A DNA stretch of 49,180 nt, from positions 1 to 49,180 of the forward strand of contig NOWV01000318.1 of NCBI GenBank assembly GCA_003344405.1, given 5' to 3'. Positions 13,101 to 26,887 of this stretch are shown in pieces. Under the pieces are notes generated by a model, which saw only the letters and a list, made by a program, of their open reading frames with translations, was not told the DNA's origin and made no database searches. This stretch comes from Trichoplax sp. H2 (taxonomy: Eukaryota). Positions within the stretch are counted from its first letter, which is position 1. Every line of letters starts with the position of its first letter. Position numbers and translations under genes: made by a program.

Positions 13101-16100
13101 AGGTAATTGTGAAATTCTTTAAGTAAAAAAGGATATTTTGTATTAATGGTATTTAGTAGATACCTTTCTCAAAACCTTGAGGCTCTTCAGATGAAGTTTT
13201 TCAGTATGAATTAATTCTATTTAATAAGAGATTAAAGTATTCATCCTGCATAAGAAACTATTGCAACCATTTGAAAACATTATCGTGTTTACATACCGAG
13301 TATAACCTTTTGTCTCTTAGTTTCCAGATCGTTATTTATTATTAGCTCTGCCATCTAAATATCACATGTGACAGTAATTTTTAATAAGTACTTAACAAGA
13401 ATATTCAGATTCCAAGATTGCTGTACCTCTTTACTAACTACGGTTTCCCAATCGGGTACTTCTGCAGGTATTGCTAAGTCAGGATCATCATCCTCTGTTA
13501 ATAATAAAAAATTAAGCTTTAAATATTCCTTACGTTATCATTAGCTTTATTTTGTAGAGCTGCTGCCTATACTCTTCAGGCCGATCATCTTACCGTCATC
13601 TGATAAAGCAAGATCATTTTCGCTATTTTCGGTTGGCATAGGCCTAAGGTAAAAATTTACATTTAACGTATGAATGATACAGTAATGGCTATGTATCACA
13701 AATATTTAATTTATGATATTGTATCTGCAAATAACATATATAGAGAAACCACAATAGTGCATTTAAATAGAATATACTCAAGTAGATTTAACTTCCAGTT
13801 CTACATACTTGTTATTTTAAAATGATCGTAAATTAAATCGTAATAGATTTTAACACTAATTATTATAATCTATTAATTGTAGGGATCTGTACTGTATTAA
13901 AATTAAAAATAAAGATATTACTAAATTGAAAATGCACCCTATAACTTATAATGTATAGTAATACAGTACAATTAGCTAGCATATTCCAAACTTATATTAA
14001 CCCTAAATAAATTCTATTATCATATATCAATTTAAATTACTTATAGCACAAAGTTGCTACTGTACTAGGTATCGCAGTGTTATTAAACTATTTAAAACTG
14101 CACCGTTGTTTCATGTATAAAAAGTAAACGGAAAAAAATTTATATATTTTGTAAATACCTTGTTCGAAGATTAGCTGTAATCTAAAATTATTAAAGAATG
14201 GCATAAGACTAACATTAATCCAGGCTTGAAATGCAATATTTTAATCTAGGTAACTGTATATTTGTTTATCATACTCCATAGCATCACCTTTCTTATTCTT
14301 GCTTCATCTTCAGTGACTAGATTTAAAAGTAGCAGTTTTTATGTAAGTATTATTATGATAAGTATAAGAAGCAGAAATTTATTATTGTAAAAAGATTATA
14401 TTACTGTAAGGAGTAACAAAGTAATTTTTACTAACTTGTGCCAGTAGCATCAGTATTCTGATTTCTGAATTGTAATTTTTTCCTAGCTACTTGAGAGATA
14501 GCTAATTCTTCCTGTCGACGGCTTTCAAAATTTCGAGCTAAATTAAAATAGAGAAGAATTCGATGAAATTAGCTAATTAAATAAGTATTGAAAAATACTT
14601 TTCATTTTGCTACCATGGGCAAGATTATACCGATAAATAGGTATATATGTTATGTATATATACTGTCACCGTAAAGATAAATATGACTATTCATTAATGT
14701 TTGCTCTACAAACATTCAGAATGTTGCTAAATAGAATTTCCGGAATTTACATCTTGTTAAGTATTGTAGCAGGATTTATAACATGTTCTTAAACCATGTA
14801 GAATGAGAATTTATGACTAAACGAAATCATCAATTTCAGATAAAGGAATAGATAGTCTGATCGTCAATAAACGAGGCTCATCAGCTAAGATACAGGGTGA
14901 GGATTTTACTTTCCAATAATTATGATCGGTTTATCTATTTTATGCATATCATATTTTCTAATTGATGCCTACTAAATTCAGCTACCCATCAATCTCATTG
15001 ATTAAAATAAAATATTGATTACTAGCATTGCGGTTAGATTACATGTAACTTAATGAATGGAGGAATGGCTTTCATGTTAAACTAGATTATAGAAGGGGTA
15101 GTGCATTCCAACCTATTGAAGCACAGATTACAGCAATCTGAGGTATTTAAGAAGCTGATATGAATTTATGAGAGAAATCTACATTAAATATACCATCGCT
15201 GCTTTGTTTATCCGCAGTATTGCCGCTGAAATTCCACCATGATGTGCGCTTGTTACTGGCAGTTTTTATGGGCTTTCGCGCGCTACTACCTTGGCAACTG
15301 TACAAAAGGCTCTTGGCACAAGCAGATATATGGACATTGAAGCCACATGCTGATAAATGAAGAATAAGAATAAGGTTGAAAACCAGTAACAGTTTTTTTC
15401 TATTTGATTGATGTTGTATAATTAGAAAGGAAATTTGGCAATCTTTTAATATTAAATCAATTAAATTTGTATAATTATCACACATACGAGTTACTTTTGA
15501 ATGTAATATGCTACCATAAAAATTGATATTATTAAGGTAAAATTTTTAACTCTTATTAGGCCGTTTTTTAACCTTGACAATGATAGGCGTTCTTTCCGAT
15601 ACCCCATATAACGCGGTTACATTGCCCACAATATTTTATTGTGGTAAAGGCTTGCGGCTGAAAACGGTGTCCTTTAATAAAGCATTCCTATGAATCGAAG
15701 TTGGACAATAGTCACCGCTAGTGATTTCATATATCTGTATGTTATAGATTTACCTAAGGTATTTATATAATATCATAAACTGATAAATGAGTTTTTGTTT
15801 CTACTTCATGTAATATCAGTTATGGAATATCATATACCCAGTGATATATTAATTGCCAATTACAGCACGCTATCTAACAACCATAAATAAACATAATATG
15901 TACAATTATTATCAAACTTACTTCATTTGGTCCAGTTCCTGATCTATCTTTTTGAAGGAATGCAGGACATCTTCCTAAGGCACTATTAGCAGACTTGAAA
16001 AGATCCGGTAAAATACTAAGTAATGATGGATTGATTTTGGATAATGATATTTACAGTATGCTGTGGTTGATAATGTGATTCTTTGATGTAATCTTATAGT

Positions 16101-19100
16101 GCAAGATGTAAAGTATGATTAGTGGATGAGATGTCACTTGTTTTTATACACTATCGGCTATAAATATTATTACGGAACGTTAAGAATAATCGACTCATGA
16201 CTGCCTACACAGTGATCGGCTTGATAAAGTATTAAATCTTAAACTAAACAAGTAGGTAAACAGTAACCCACTTGTCAAGTTAATTATATTTTATCTAGAT
16301 CATTATAGCCAGCAAAGACTTTCATGAAATTGAGATAGTTGTTTCAAAAATATAAGCTTACTGCTGGTTCATAGTCAAGAAATCTCAAGAAAGTGGCAAT
16401 AGAGGATGCAATGACAGACCTGTTTTATCGTATGGTACAAAAGAAGAAATATAACAGTCAATGTAATATTGAGTTCTGTAGTAATAGGATATTTTCTCCA
16501 TTAATAATTCAATGGTATTAAATAAATAGTTTGATGTATTAATTTTTAATATATACTTCCTTTACAATAGCAAGATTATTTATTTGTTATTAATCAAATT
16601 CATATTATAACTTCATATAACTTACTGCACATCCAAAGTTGATTGAGAAACCTGTCTAAAGGCTTCAATATCTTCCCTAAGATTAAATGATACAAGTTGC
16701 ATTGAATATTAAAATTGATTTAATGCATCTATCATGTTGATTAGGAGGTGAAAATATCATACATTAAGCGATTTAGTTGCGGCGTTAGAATGCCTTCAGC
16801 TGCTTTTATATCATCTGATTTGCTTTTATCAACTTCATTAGATCCATAAATTAATTAATAAGGTATAGTTAGAAATTATTTCCTGGATAATCACTTTAAA
16901 CTTATTCATTATCTCTTAGAAATATATTAGATCTGGCCTGGAAAATTTTATTTCCATTATTACTTAGATTAGGTCTCGTTTTCTTATATTCTGTAAACTT
17001 TTCCATAACTACACTCTTAGCAGGTTCCCTACAGATGAAGAAATTGAAGCACGGTTAGAGGAAATTTTATATAAATGGTATTTATATTATAATTTAATTA
17101 AGAGCTTAACCGAAAATACTTTTAAACTTAAACCTTACACACGATTGTTTTATGTAATTATTAAAACTATTATACCTGGCAGCCAAGAATATGTTGGAAA
17201 ACACTTGATCATCCCTGATGCTTTCGTTTTGTATTACATTGACTACGAGTATAAGATACGTTACTTTGATCAGTTTTTTATTATTTTTTATAATAGTAAC
17301 AGTATTTGGTTAATAAAAGATTTCTAATGGCGGAAATATTCTTAGCATTTTATTGGTATGTTAGTTTGCGATATTAAACCAACCAATATTGTATATGATC
17401 TGCGGCTCCACCGATATTTCTAAAGGCTAAAATCATATGGTGGCATTTTATTGACAAAGAATCCATAAAAGTAAACATTTTTCTAAAATGAAAAGGACGT
17501 ACTGCGGTAGGAACGAGGAAGGCAGTAGAAATTTCATACAGCCATCTTTTTTTATCCTTCACTTTACCGGACTTTTGGCGATAAGCTTCACACATTAACA
17601 AGAATAGCTGTAGACAGAAATATGAAAATATTAAGTAATGCTTCAATATCTAATCGGACTTCAGTCCATTATCATATTGAGATTGGCCTACCCAAAGCTA
17701 TGCATATACTTACCAGTGCGTTTGGTTTTTCATTCGCGATTAAGTACCGTAAGAAAGCAGCTGTCTTTTCTGCAGGAAAAAAATTAGATTTAAATTCTAC
17801 TTTCGTGTATGCATTACTAGCATATTATAAGAAATATTGACTAACATATCTTGTGCAGCTTATGGGTAATGAATATATCTCAGCTGTAGCTTAAGTTTGT
17901 ACAGTAACTATCGATATAAATAATTACCTGACTTGGGCTTTAGCAAACTAGAACAATCAATCGTTGTATCATCACGCTCTGCCAATGTTAACGTTACCTG
18001 ATTTGCCGCTGTGTGAAATATATAATTTTAAGTAGGTTACATGTAGCTAACAATGGTAGAATAATATAATCTATCTAACAAAAATATCTCTATAATTACA
18101 GTACTTTCATTATACCTTTCATCATATCAGTAACCGTTTCGTGACTGGCCGCAATCACGAGTTTTCCATCAACCTAGTTGCATCAAATAAAATAAAATTC
18201 ATTGCACGTCTGTCATATTCAGTAGATTATTGATCACAATTCATAATTTACCAGTACAGTGTTAATGATTTACAGTTAGTTTAAAAATAAATTTAACCAA
18301 ATATTAATTCTTAAATGTTAATAACAGTCATTTAACGTTATATATCAATGATGTGTAAGATGGTTTAGACATACAGCCATAAGACTTCATAAATTTCAGA
18401 ATTTTATAAATCCCGAAACGATGATTTAAAATAGTATTTATCACTACACTAAGATTACCTTTATAATCATATCTCCAGCTTTAAGGCCTGCAATATCTGC
18501 AGGACATCCTATAAAAAAGTTGGGGCATAGTCAAACATAATCATGGCTACACAATTGCTGCGGACAGATTTCCATAAATTTGATATTTACGAATTATAGG
18601 GCAATTATAATGTAAAATAGAGCTGCAACCATCACATTGCTATAGGTTATCTGGTACTGAGTGATATGATTAGCGAATTACTTAATTGGAAAATAGAGCA
18701 ACTGTTTGATTTTAATAATTAACCAGTGATCATATGAGGTTGCTGTTCCATTGCTAGAGTACAATATGCACAATTTACTAGTATATCACTGTGCTATTTA
18801 ATAAATATCAGTTTTCTAAAGTCTCGAACATTTTTAAATATGATCATCAAAGACCACTAAATCTTTAAAGTAAATGCATTTCTAATTAACATATCAGATG
18901 TACCGAGAAGCTTTCATTTTTACCTTTACGAACTGCTTTAATCGAAACTGGATTATGTCCGGTTATACTAACTCCGTATTTATTGTTTTTATCTCGACAG
19001 ACGACAATTATTTTCTGCCGTACATCAGAATCATCGTTCCTATATAAATTTAAAATAACAAAAAAGTAAATGAATTCAGATTTGCTTTGGGACTATATAT

Positions 19101-19790
19101 TCTATTACTAATTCCTGATATCTACATACAAAATGCTATTCTATTAAGCTGATCATAACTAAATCAGTAAAAATTGAAAATTTATTATAATCGCTGATTA
19201 AAGGAGTAAGCTGTTGTATAACTTCTCATATCTTCGATTGGCAATGTTGTATAAAATTCTCATACCACCTTGTTGGTGGCCTTAATAGAAGCTTTGTGTT
19301 TAATAGGTCATAAGTTGATTGATGTAGTTAATATTTATCACAAGCTTATCCGTTTCATCTTTAAATACGTCTTAAGATTCACTAATTAAGCGAACGTTAT
19401 ATGCAGAGTTTAAGAAGAATATTTGATAATAGTTATATCTTGAAGAACGTCATTTTATAACTATCGTACTACTGTTTCAGCTGCAGATGAAAACTACCAG
19501 TTATATTATAACGGAAATTCTCTGAAGGCTTCCTCAAAGCTAATAAGACAGATATACATCAATACTGTTAAAAATCTTCTTAGAGATGCCGTAAACAACT
19601 GATGGAGAATCAAAATGATCGGTTTAAATATTATTATTGATAATTTGCATCGTTTTCATCTAAAAACTCTAGAACTACTTGCTGCGTCGTATGCTAACCA
19701 TAACTTAAAACGTGGATTATAAAGAAGACTCAACGTTTATTTCACTAAACGAGTTTTAACTTACTTATTGATGGGTTTGAGCGTATCCAT
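10127..19790 (-). CDS. ARHGEF12: RH-RhoGEF (PDZ, RGS-like, C1, DH, PH), ARHGEF11/ARHGEF12/RhoGEF2 family; about 35 coding exons, about 849 aa
   Basis: Hand-spliced exons: 19790-19765, 19039-18924, 18508-18459, 18173-18116, 18008-17928 (PDZ: KYGVSITGHNPV...GCPADIAGLKAGDMIIKVDG); 17769-17714, 17607-17503, 17426-17384, 17242-17176, 17028-16964, ~16832-16763, 16676-16626, 16419-16362, 15993-15922 (RGS-like: AAFLRYLI...LFLL...WLYEISTAFLVPTAPL); 15687-15573, 15349-15194 (C1: GHRF...YCGQC...IWGIG...YHCQACGFNVH...C); 14537-14436, 14316-14288, 14181-14159, 13643-13594, 13494-13427, 13354-13297 (linker, KRQKVI); 13216-13164, 12787-12694, 12601-12522, 12353-12270, 11962-11924, 11833-11716, 11589-11540, 11425-11297 (DH: ELIHTE, LFPNL, RYPLLL, VNSGIREAEN); 11185-11110, 10996-10881, 10779-10710, 10333-10246, 10160-10127 (PH, ends DWLKEIQQAKK*). 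Lengths sum to 2550 nt in frame. The symbol is family-level (co-ortholog of ARHGEF1/11/12). Confidence 0.9.
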
Positions 19791-20763
19791 TTCAATCACA
19801 CACTATGAAAGCAAAAAGGTGAATAATCGATAGTTAAACAAGATATTAGTTTTAATTTTACAAAACTTGATCGTATAGACAGTAACAATTGTATCCAATT
19901 TTATGGTAGCTATTGATAGTCCATGGCTAACTGTGTTACATGTTTATAGGATAAATGAGTTAAGTCTAGTTATTGTACTAAAAAGATTGGGGGTGTTTAA
20001 TCGATTATATCCTTATTTACTAAAATTCAACCACATAACAGACCTTAAACCAAAACAGTTTAATTAAACTACTTAACATTGAAGCATTATCGATACTTTT
20101 GCTTACCTAACGATCAGATTGGTCTATAAAATGATTATTGCAACTATTTGAAGTATTGTTCAATTTTGAGATAGGCGTCGACACTCTGCGTGCCAATGCG
20201 AAATAAGACTATATGCTTGCTTTAGCTAACAGAAAAGAAGTGTCTTGAACTTCTAGTTATGCAGTATGGCAGCAAGATTACTCTGGTAGTCAGAGCTACT
20301 AATATTTTCCATACATGTGTACCCCAATTCCAAGTTCAAACCATATAGTGCCATACAAACTAATCTATTGTCTCAATTCTCATTTTAAACAAAAGCATAA
20401 TTTACATCTCTATAATTATAGTAAGTATAGGATTAGATAATGACAAGGAGACAATGATAAGTTACGCTATCAGGACATAATGACGTAGGTAGTCATTAGT
20501 ATTTTAGTACAGTATCGAATCCCTATCGAATTAGTCAGTCTAGAGCTACATGACTGCGATGCTGATCGGCGGATTCAGATAGTTACGCGTTTTGAGTACG
20601 TTGCAGCATCGTTTTAATGAGCAAGGCAATTACTATATTTAATGTAAAGTTTTCATATTATAATAGATTAGCCACTGTTATATTAAAAAACATAGACTAT
20701 AATTACTGTACGAATATACTGTAGAACGGAATCAGCTATTGAATGATGTACCAAAAATACCAT

Positions 20764-21101
20764 CAGCCTTGGATTGGCAGCATTGTTTGAATGAATAAAG
20801 TAATTGCATTCATTTTTTAAAGTCTTTACATTGTAGCAAATTAGCTGCTGTTACATTGGAAATATAGCTTATGAATATAGAAAGGACCAGTTATTAAATT
20901 ATGCGCACAAAAAGTTACTCACCAGCCTTGGATTGGAAGCATTGTTTCAATGTATAAAGTAATTGCATTATTTTTTAAAGGCCTTTATATTATAACAGAT
21001 TAGCTGCTGCTATATTAGAAATATAGCTTATGAATATAGAACGGGATCGCTTATTAAATTATGCGTTACAAAAACTTATCTAACAGCCTTCAATTGATAG
21101 C
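20764..21101. repeat. Tandem repeat, about 160-bp unit, 2 copies plus the start of a third
   Basis: Units begin CAGCCTT at 20764, 20923 and 21084. Shared words include taaagtaattgcatt, ttagctgctg, gaaatatagcttatgaatataga and ttattaaattatgcg. Confidence 0.9.
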
Positions 21102-21910
21102 TTTAATCTGTAATTGACATTATAAATGCAATGAAAGAGCCGCTCTTCTTATATAGGATAGCCGTGAAGAAACTCTTATCATTAATTCATAGTAATATAC
21201 AAGTATCTTGTACTTGTGAAAGAGCTATTGATACAACTTACAAGTCATTAGAATCTGACTAACTACGGTAAGTATTATTTTTAGAAGAAAGGAAAGATTT
21301 CTGCTTTTCAAAAGTGTAAAGAGTAGTCAGTTCTGATATCCTGCCATATTAAGTCTACGCTAAGGCTAATCGAATACTCATAGGCTAACTAAACACATAG
21401 TAATATCTCTATAGATCATGATGCTTGTTTGCCTGTACAATATGATACATTAACAAGCTCATAATAGCCTGTTATCTAGAGCCAGCTGGTTATCATTAAA
21501 AGCTGCATCATACTTCTATCATATATTCACTTATTGCACACTACGTTATAAAGGGCTGCGCTGGAAGACCTCGAAATCTTAGCTCATGCATTACTGAAGG
21601 ACAAAAATGTTGTCTAGCCTCCACGTTAGTCTATGAAAGTAATGAGCTTGCGAAATAAGTTAGGGCTGTTTGTTGAATTAGGAGCTCTACTTTATTATTT
21701 TTGTCATATCAACGCTGATTTGCTCTTACCACAGTTACAAGTTACATTTATGATAATTGGTGCTTTCGACTAGTATATTATCAATTATTATTTCTTAGTT
21801 CTCAAGACTATGTAACGATAACTATACTGTACGCGTGGATACATGGCTAGTGTTAAAGTCAAGACTGTTATGCAAGTTATGCGTTAAATTTTACGACCGT
21901 TATAATGAAC

Positions 21911-22063
21911 TATGGTAGTGAATATAGTACAGCTGAATAAGTAATTGCACAATAATTACCTTTGCCTAGTCCATGCTATAGTTATAATTAAGTATGGTAG
22001 TGAATGTAGTACAGCTGAACAAGTCATTGCACAATAATTACCTTTGCCTAATCCATGCTATAG
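21911..22063. repeat. Tandem repeat, 82-bp period, 2 copies
   Basis: tatggtagtgaat...ttgcacaataattacctttgccta.tccatgctatag at 21911-21981 and 21993-22063. Confidence 0.92.
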
Positions 22064-22825
22064 ATAAGTGTTAGATTACAGGTGGTTCATGGAAAAATGT
22101 ACGGTATAATGTACTACAGTACTTTATAAGCGTGGAGCTCCTAAATATCATCGTTACACTGGTAAATTTATATGCAAAAAGTACGTTGTATATGCATTCC
22201 GAGCAACTAAAAAAAGTAATATTAACAACCTATATCGTTTCATCAATGGCTGAATTAATAATAAAAAGCAATATTTTCGCTTTATGGTAAGGTGCAATGG
22301 TAAGCTATGATCCAGGTAGATCTAAGTAGAAGGGTGTTCAAACCCTAATGCTACCTGAACGATAGCATAGATACTGTACAGTGTACAACGCAAGCTTGAC
22401 CAACGCAACTCTAGCTAATTACAGGTGAAAATTAGTATTTTTTGTCAATAGGTGCGGTCCGTTGTCCAGTTCTCTACAGGGTTCTATAAATAAATAATAT
22501 AATACGAGATAATTGGAGGATTTATTGTCTTCTATACGGTATTATTATACAGTACCACATATAATATGCATATAGACTAGGTAGTACTGTATTTGCAGGT
22601 ACAGGATGTAATCATGCGAAAGGCTAGTAGTAAAGTAATTTACCTCAAAATTAAATTTAATTGAACTCGGTACGCTCCATATATTTCAGTGATTGATGCT
22701 TCTGCAATGGCTAACTGTCATGGATGAAATGGGTAGTCTACGATGTGAAGCGAGTTGAAGCCATAACTTTCTGACATTCAGCAGATAAGATTGAAATTGT
22801 GAAGTAAAAGGAACAAATTATAGCG

Positions 22826-24794
22826 ATGTTGAAGTCAATAACAGTGGCTTGTCTGCTAAGCCTGCTGGTGTGTTCGAATTCATTGAAAATTGCAGTTTTG
22901 CCAACGCCTGTTGCTAGTCATATTTTATATATGAAAGCTGTTTCAGAAATATTAAAGAAAAATGGGCATCAGGTAATTATCAAGGTTAAAATTTGATGGC
23001 AACGTTTAATAGCTTTTTTCTTTAGAGAATATAATGCAAGTACGTATTTTTATCCTCGTATTTCGCTGGCAATTAAATTCACTACAGCTATGAAGTCATT
23101 TCAGGTGCTTTTTCAAGAAATGCTTGCTAAAGCACTGAGAAATTTTAATCAATATAATTGAAAGATCTCTCATCGTGCTAGCTTTTTCAGGCTTTATAAG
23201 TTCTATTTTATTTACTACAAAACTACTTTAAACTTACTTAATAATTGCACACAGGTTAGCATCATCGTAACCGAGGCAGGTGTTCCTATGATTCCCAATA
23301 TTCATGCTATAACATTCAGAACAATATCACCATCTGAAAGGGTTCCTGTTACAAGCAATAAATTCGGCTTACTTGGAATAATCAACCTAATGTCGACGAT
23401 GTATGCTATGCAAGGGACATTTTGTCGCAGTATGCTACAAAATGATACGATAACTAAACTCATCAAGGAATATGATGTCTTCGTCACTGACTCTATTTAC
23501 CTTTGTAGCTTTATGCTCCCTAAGATTGTTAACAAACGCAATATCATGATTGGTATACAAGGAACATTATTATCGCCAATTGGATATCCAGCCTATCCTA
23601 GTAATCCTGCTTATATACCTCAAATAGGAACGACTTATAGTTCGAAAATGAACTTTTTTCAACGTGTTAAAAACACAGTAGCTGCATGCTTAAAAGAACT
23701 CGTAATGTTTAACGTTATGAACTATTTAGCATACTCTATTAAACAAGAATTCAACATTAGACCCGATTTAGGATTTTATGAATTAATGTTATCGCCAGAA
23801 ATGACTTTAGTAGCCGGAGATTTCGCTGTAGATTATGCACGACCTATACCGCCAAATATGAAACTAATAGGATCACTATCAAGTGTATCAGCATCTCCAG
23901 TACCTGAAGATCTAGAAAACTTTATGGAGAGTTCGAGAGAACGCGGCGTAGTTCTTGTATCAATGGGAACAATCTTTGAATTTCCTGAAAGCAGCATACC
24001 GACTCTATTAGCTGGTTTTAAAAGACTTGAACAGAAAGTTCTATGGAAAACTAAATTAAACGTTAAGAATCCTCCAGATAACGTTAAAATAGTAAGATGG
24101 ATGCCACAAAATGATATTTTGGGTCATCCAAAACTAAAAGCATTTGTAACCCATGGTGGATCAAAAGGTATTTACGAAGCCTCTTATCACGGTGTTCCAT
24201 TAATTGGTATACCGATACAAGCCGAACAGCAATTAAATATAGGAAAGGCAAAGGCTGCAGGAGTAGCGTTAAATCTGGACAAAAATAATCTTACACCTGA
24301 CGTTATCGTTGAGGCAGTAGTAGAAATTATTAATCCATGGTATGCCATATAATATTCCGCATTATGCATCATCTAGTTAATTGTTAAACGTTATTTTACG
24401 TATTAATTTATTACGTATGAATGATAGATATACACAGTATTATAATACTTCATTCATCGTCTTGACCTTAAATAACATTAATGGTATCATTCTTTGCATT
24501 ACATGAATATGTGTATAATATAATAGGTATAAAGAAAATGCTATCCGAATATCTAAGAGGATGCAATCACGACCCAAACCTCCAAGTGAAGCTTTAGTAC
24601 AGTGGATTGAATATGTCACTCATAACGACGTTAGCCATTTAAAGCCTGAAGGACTTGATATGCCTTGGTATCAATATTACCTTGTAGACGTCATAGTATC
24701 TTCAGTGTTTTGTATATACAGTATATTTAAAATATGTAAGTATTTGCTATATTACCCTTCAACTAGCAATGTAGGTAAAGCCAAATATGATTAA
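22826..24794 (+). CDS. UGT: ER UDP-glycosyltransferase (GT1/UDPGT family), copy A, intact
   Basis: Exons 22826-22972 (signal peptide, LKIAVLP..ASH with catalytic His), 23255-24339 (WMPQNDILGHP...THGG...EASYHGVPLIGIP..EQ signature) and 24527-24794 (WYQYYLVDV, TM, KAKYD di-lysine motif). Confidence 0.95.
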
Positions 24795-26887
24795 TGAAGC
24801 TTTTACTACAGGCTCTTTAGGAAGATTATACCTAAGTATGAGAAATTGATTTTAAAATTATAACGCAAGGAAATTTAAATCATTGTTGAAGAATAATGAA
24901 GTTTCCTTTACGTATTCATATTCTGTATTAGTAGAAGAAGAAATTATCTATTTTTGTTCTGGATTATTTAATTTTAACAATATTAATGAGATTTATATTT
25001 GTATCATGCATACTCTTGTACTACTCGTATATTGAAAGTATCGTCCAATACATTGCATTGAATCATTCGTGGTACCTGCATCACTTATACACTCCCGACT
25101 ATTAAATTTTTATTGCACTAGCAGTACCTTATTAGAGATATATATTCATTAAGTAATGAGATATAATTATACTTCATGTTTAAGTAACTTTAAATCAATT
25201 TATATAATCAAAGCTTATGTCATATTTCCATATATATTATACGGTATAATTGTAATACAAGTTTGTAAAGTATAAAGAGGTAAATTTTAATCATAAGTTG
25301 GCTGCTAAGAAAAATCTATTGCATTACTTTATTGTTGCATATTATAATGCTCATATTTGTGTACATAACGGTAGCCAACAAGCTACAATAATATAATTAA
25401 GCCTTAGAAGGTGCAGAATAAGAATAAATAAGTCGACGTGACAACTCCTCCATCTCGGCACTTCTCTCATGCTGGTTCACCAATTAATCATCTTGTTGAT
25501 ATAATCAACCCAATTACATAGTTGTTTCCTTACTCTATATAAAATACTATATTGCATTTATGATTGAAACAGTCTGCAAAATATAATAAAATATAAAATG
25601 TAATATTATCTCTTAGACGCTATAGCATTTTTGTCAACTTGTTTTCATTGTGCTTTCATGATATACAAATACTTACTCCAATTGGTGCTGTTATAATAGG
25701 ATTGAAAATAAAATTAAGCATGATTAAGAAAGGTTTGACTATCCTATAATTTCAGTAAAATATATTTAAAAAATTGTCTAATTTATAATATAATTATTGC
25801 ACTTTATTATGATATAAAGTTTAATTAAAATATTGTTAAGAAATAAGAAGTCTTTGGAAGTTTCGCGTTTTATATTAATAGAAGAAACCATAAGATACAA
25901 TATTGTTTATTCTGTAATAATTTGATCGATAACTTTTCACATTAGTACATGTTTTGCAAACCGCTATGTTGCTACATATAGCACTGATCATGCTATCAAT
26001 TTTCGTGAGTAAAGGTATGATTTAAGTCATAATTTGTTGCTCATAAAATTAATATTTTACTTTGAATAAAGAAAAAAATATAGTATTTAGATATTGTGTT
26101 GTAATAACTTCAACCTGTTCCATGCATAGGTAATCAATACGGAATTTAGGATAATTGGTGCTCGAAATGATATAACCTTCTGCCCTTTGGGGTTGTAACC
26201 CTAACTATGTTTGAGTATAGTGATTATTGTACTATAAATCTACGTTCTATAAGTGCAGTATTTACAGGTTTTGTAATTATATTAGTAAAGAGATTAATTT
26301 GTTCCGCTAGAGATGAAAAACAATTCTTTAAATAATTTTTCAATAATCCCTGATTTTGAAATAATGCCTGATGTATTTATATTGTAGAATCAAACTCTTG
26401 GAGTATGTTGCTTCGTAAGCAAGATCCCGTTATTTCAGCTTACCGCTGTAGAATGCAAAATACCGATTAACCAATACACTTTAGAATACTATTTGTATTG
26501 CTAAAGATTTTTTAACATCATGCTAGCATTTGAATCAAATAAAATCAATTGATGCAAGTAATCCTTTAATAGCTGTAATCAATTGAAAGATTCTCCAGAT
26601 GGCGTATGTAAGTAAATTATAGATTAAACTTACATTTATATACTGTATTGTGTACAGTGACATTAAACCTGTATCTGGATCCATTGATATACTGTACGGT
26701 AGTTACTATCCACTATCTTTTCTAGTTCTCAATTATAGGCTATATAAACTTCAAAATAGAATTTCTTAAATTTTAATGCGATCAATCAAAAATGATGTAG
26801 TGCGCTTTGGAAGAGCTCATTTGTTCCTCGATTATGACTTGGTCTAAAGTTTATTGTTGTATATGTATACTATTCTTATAAAAATTT

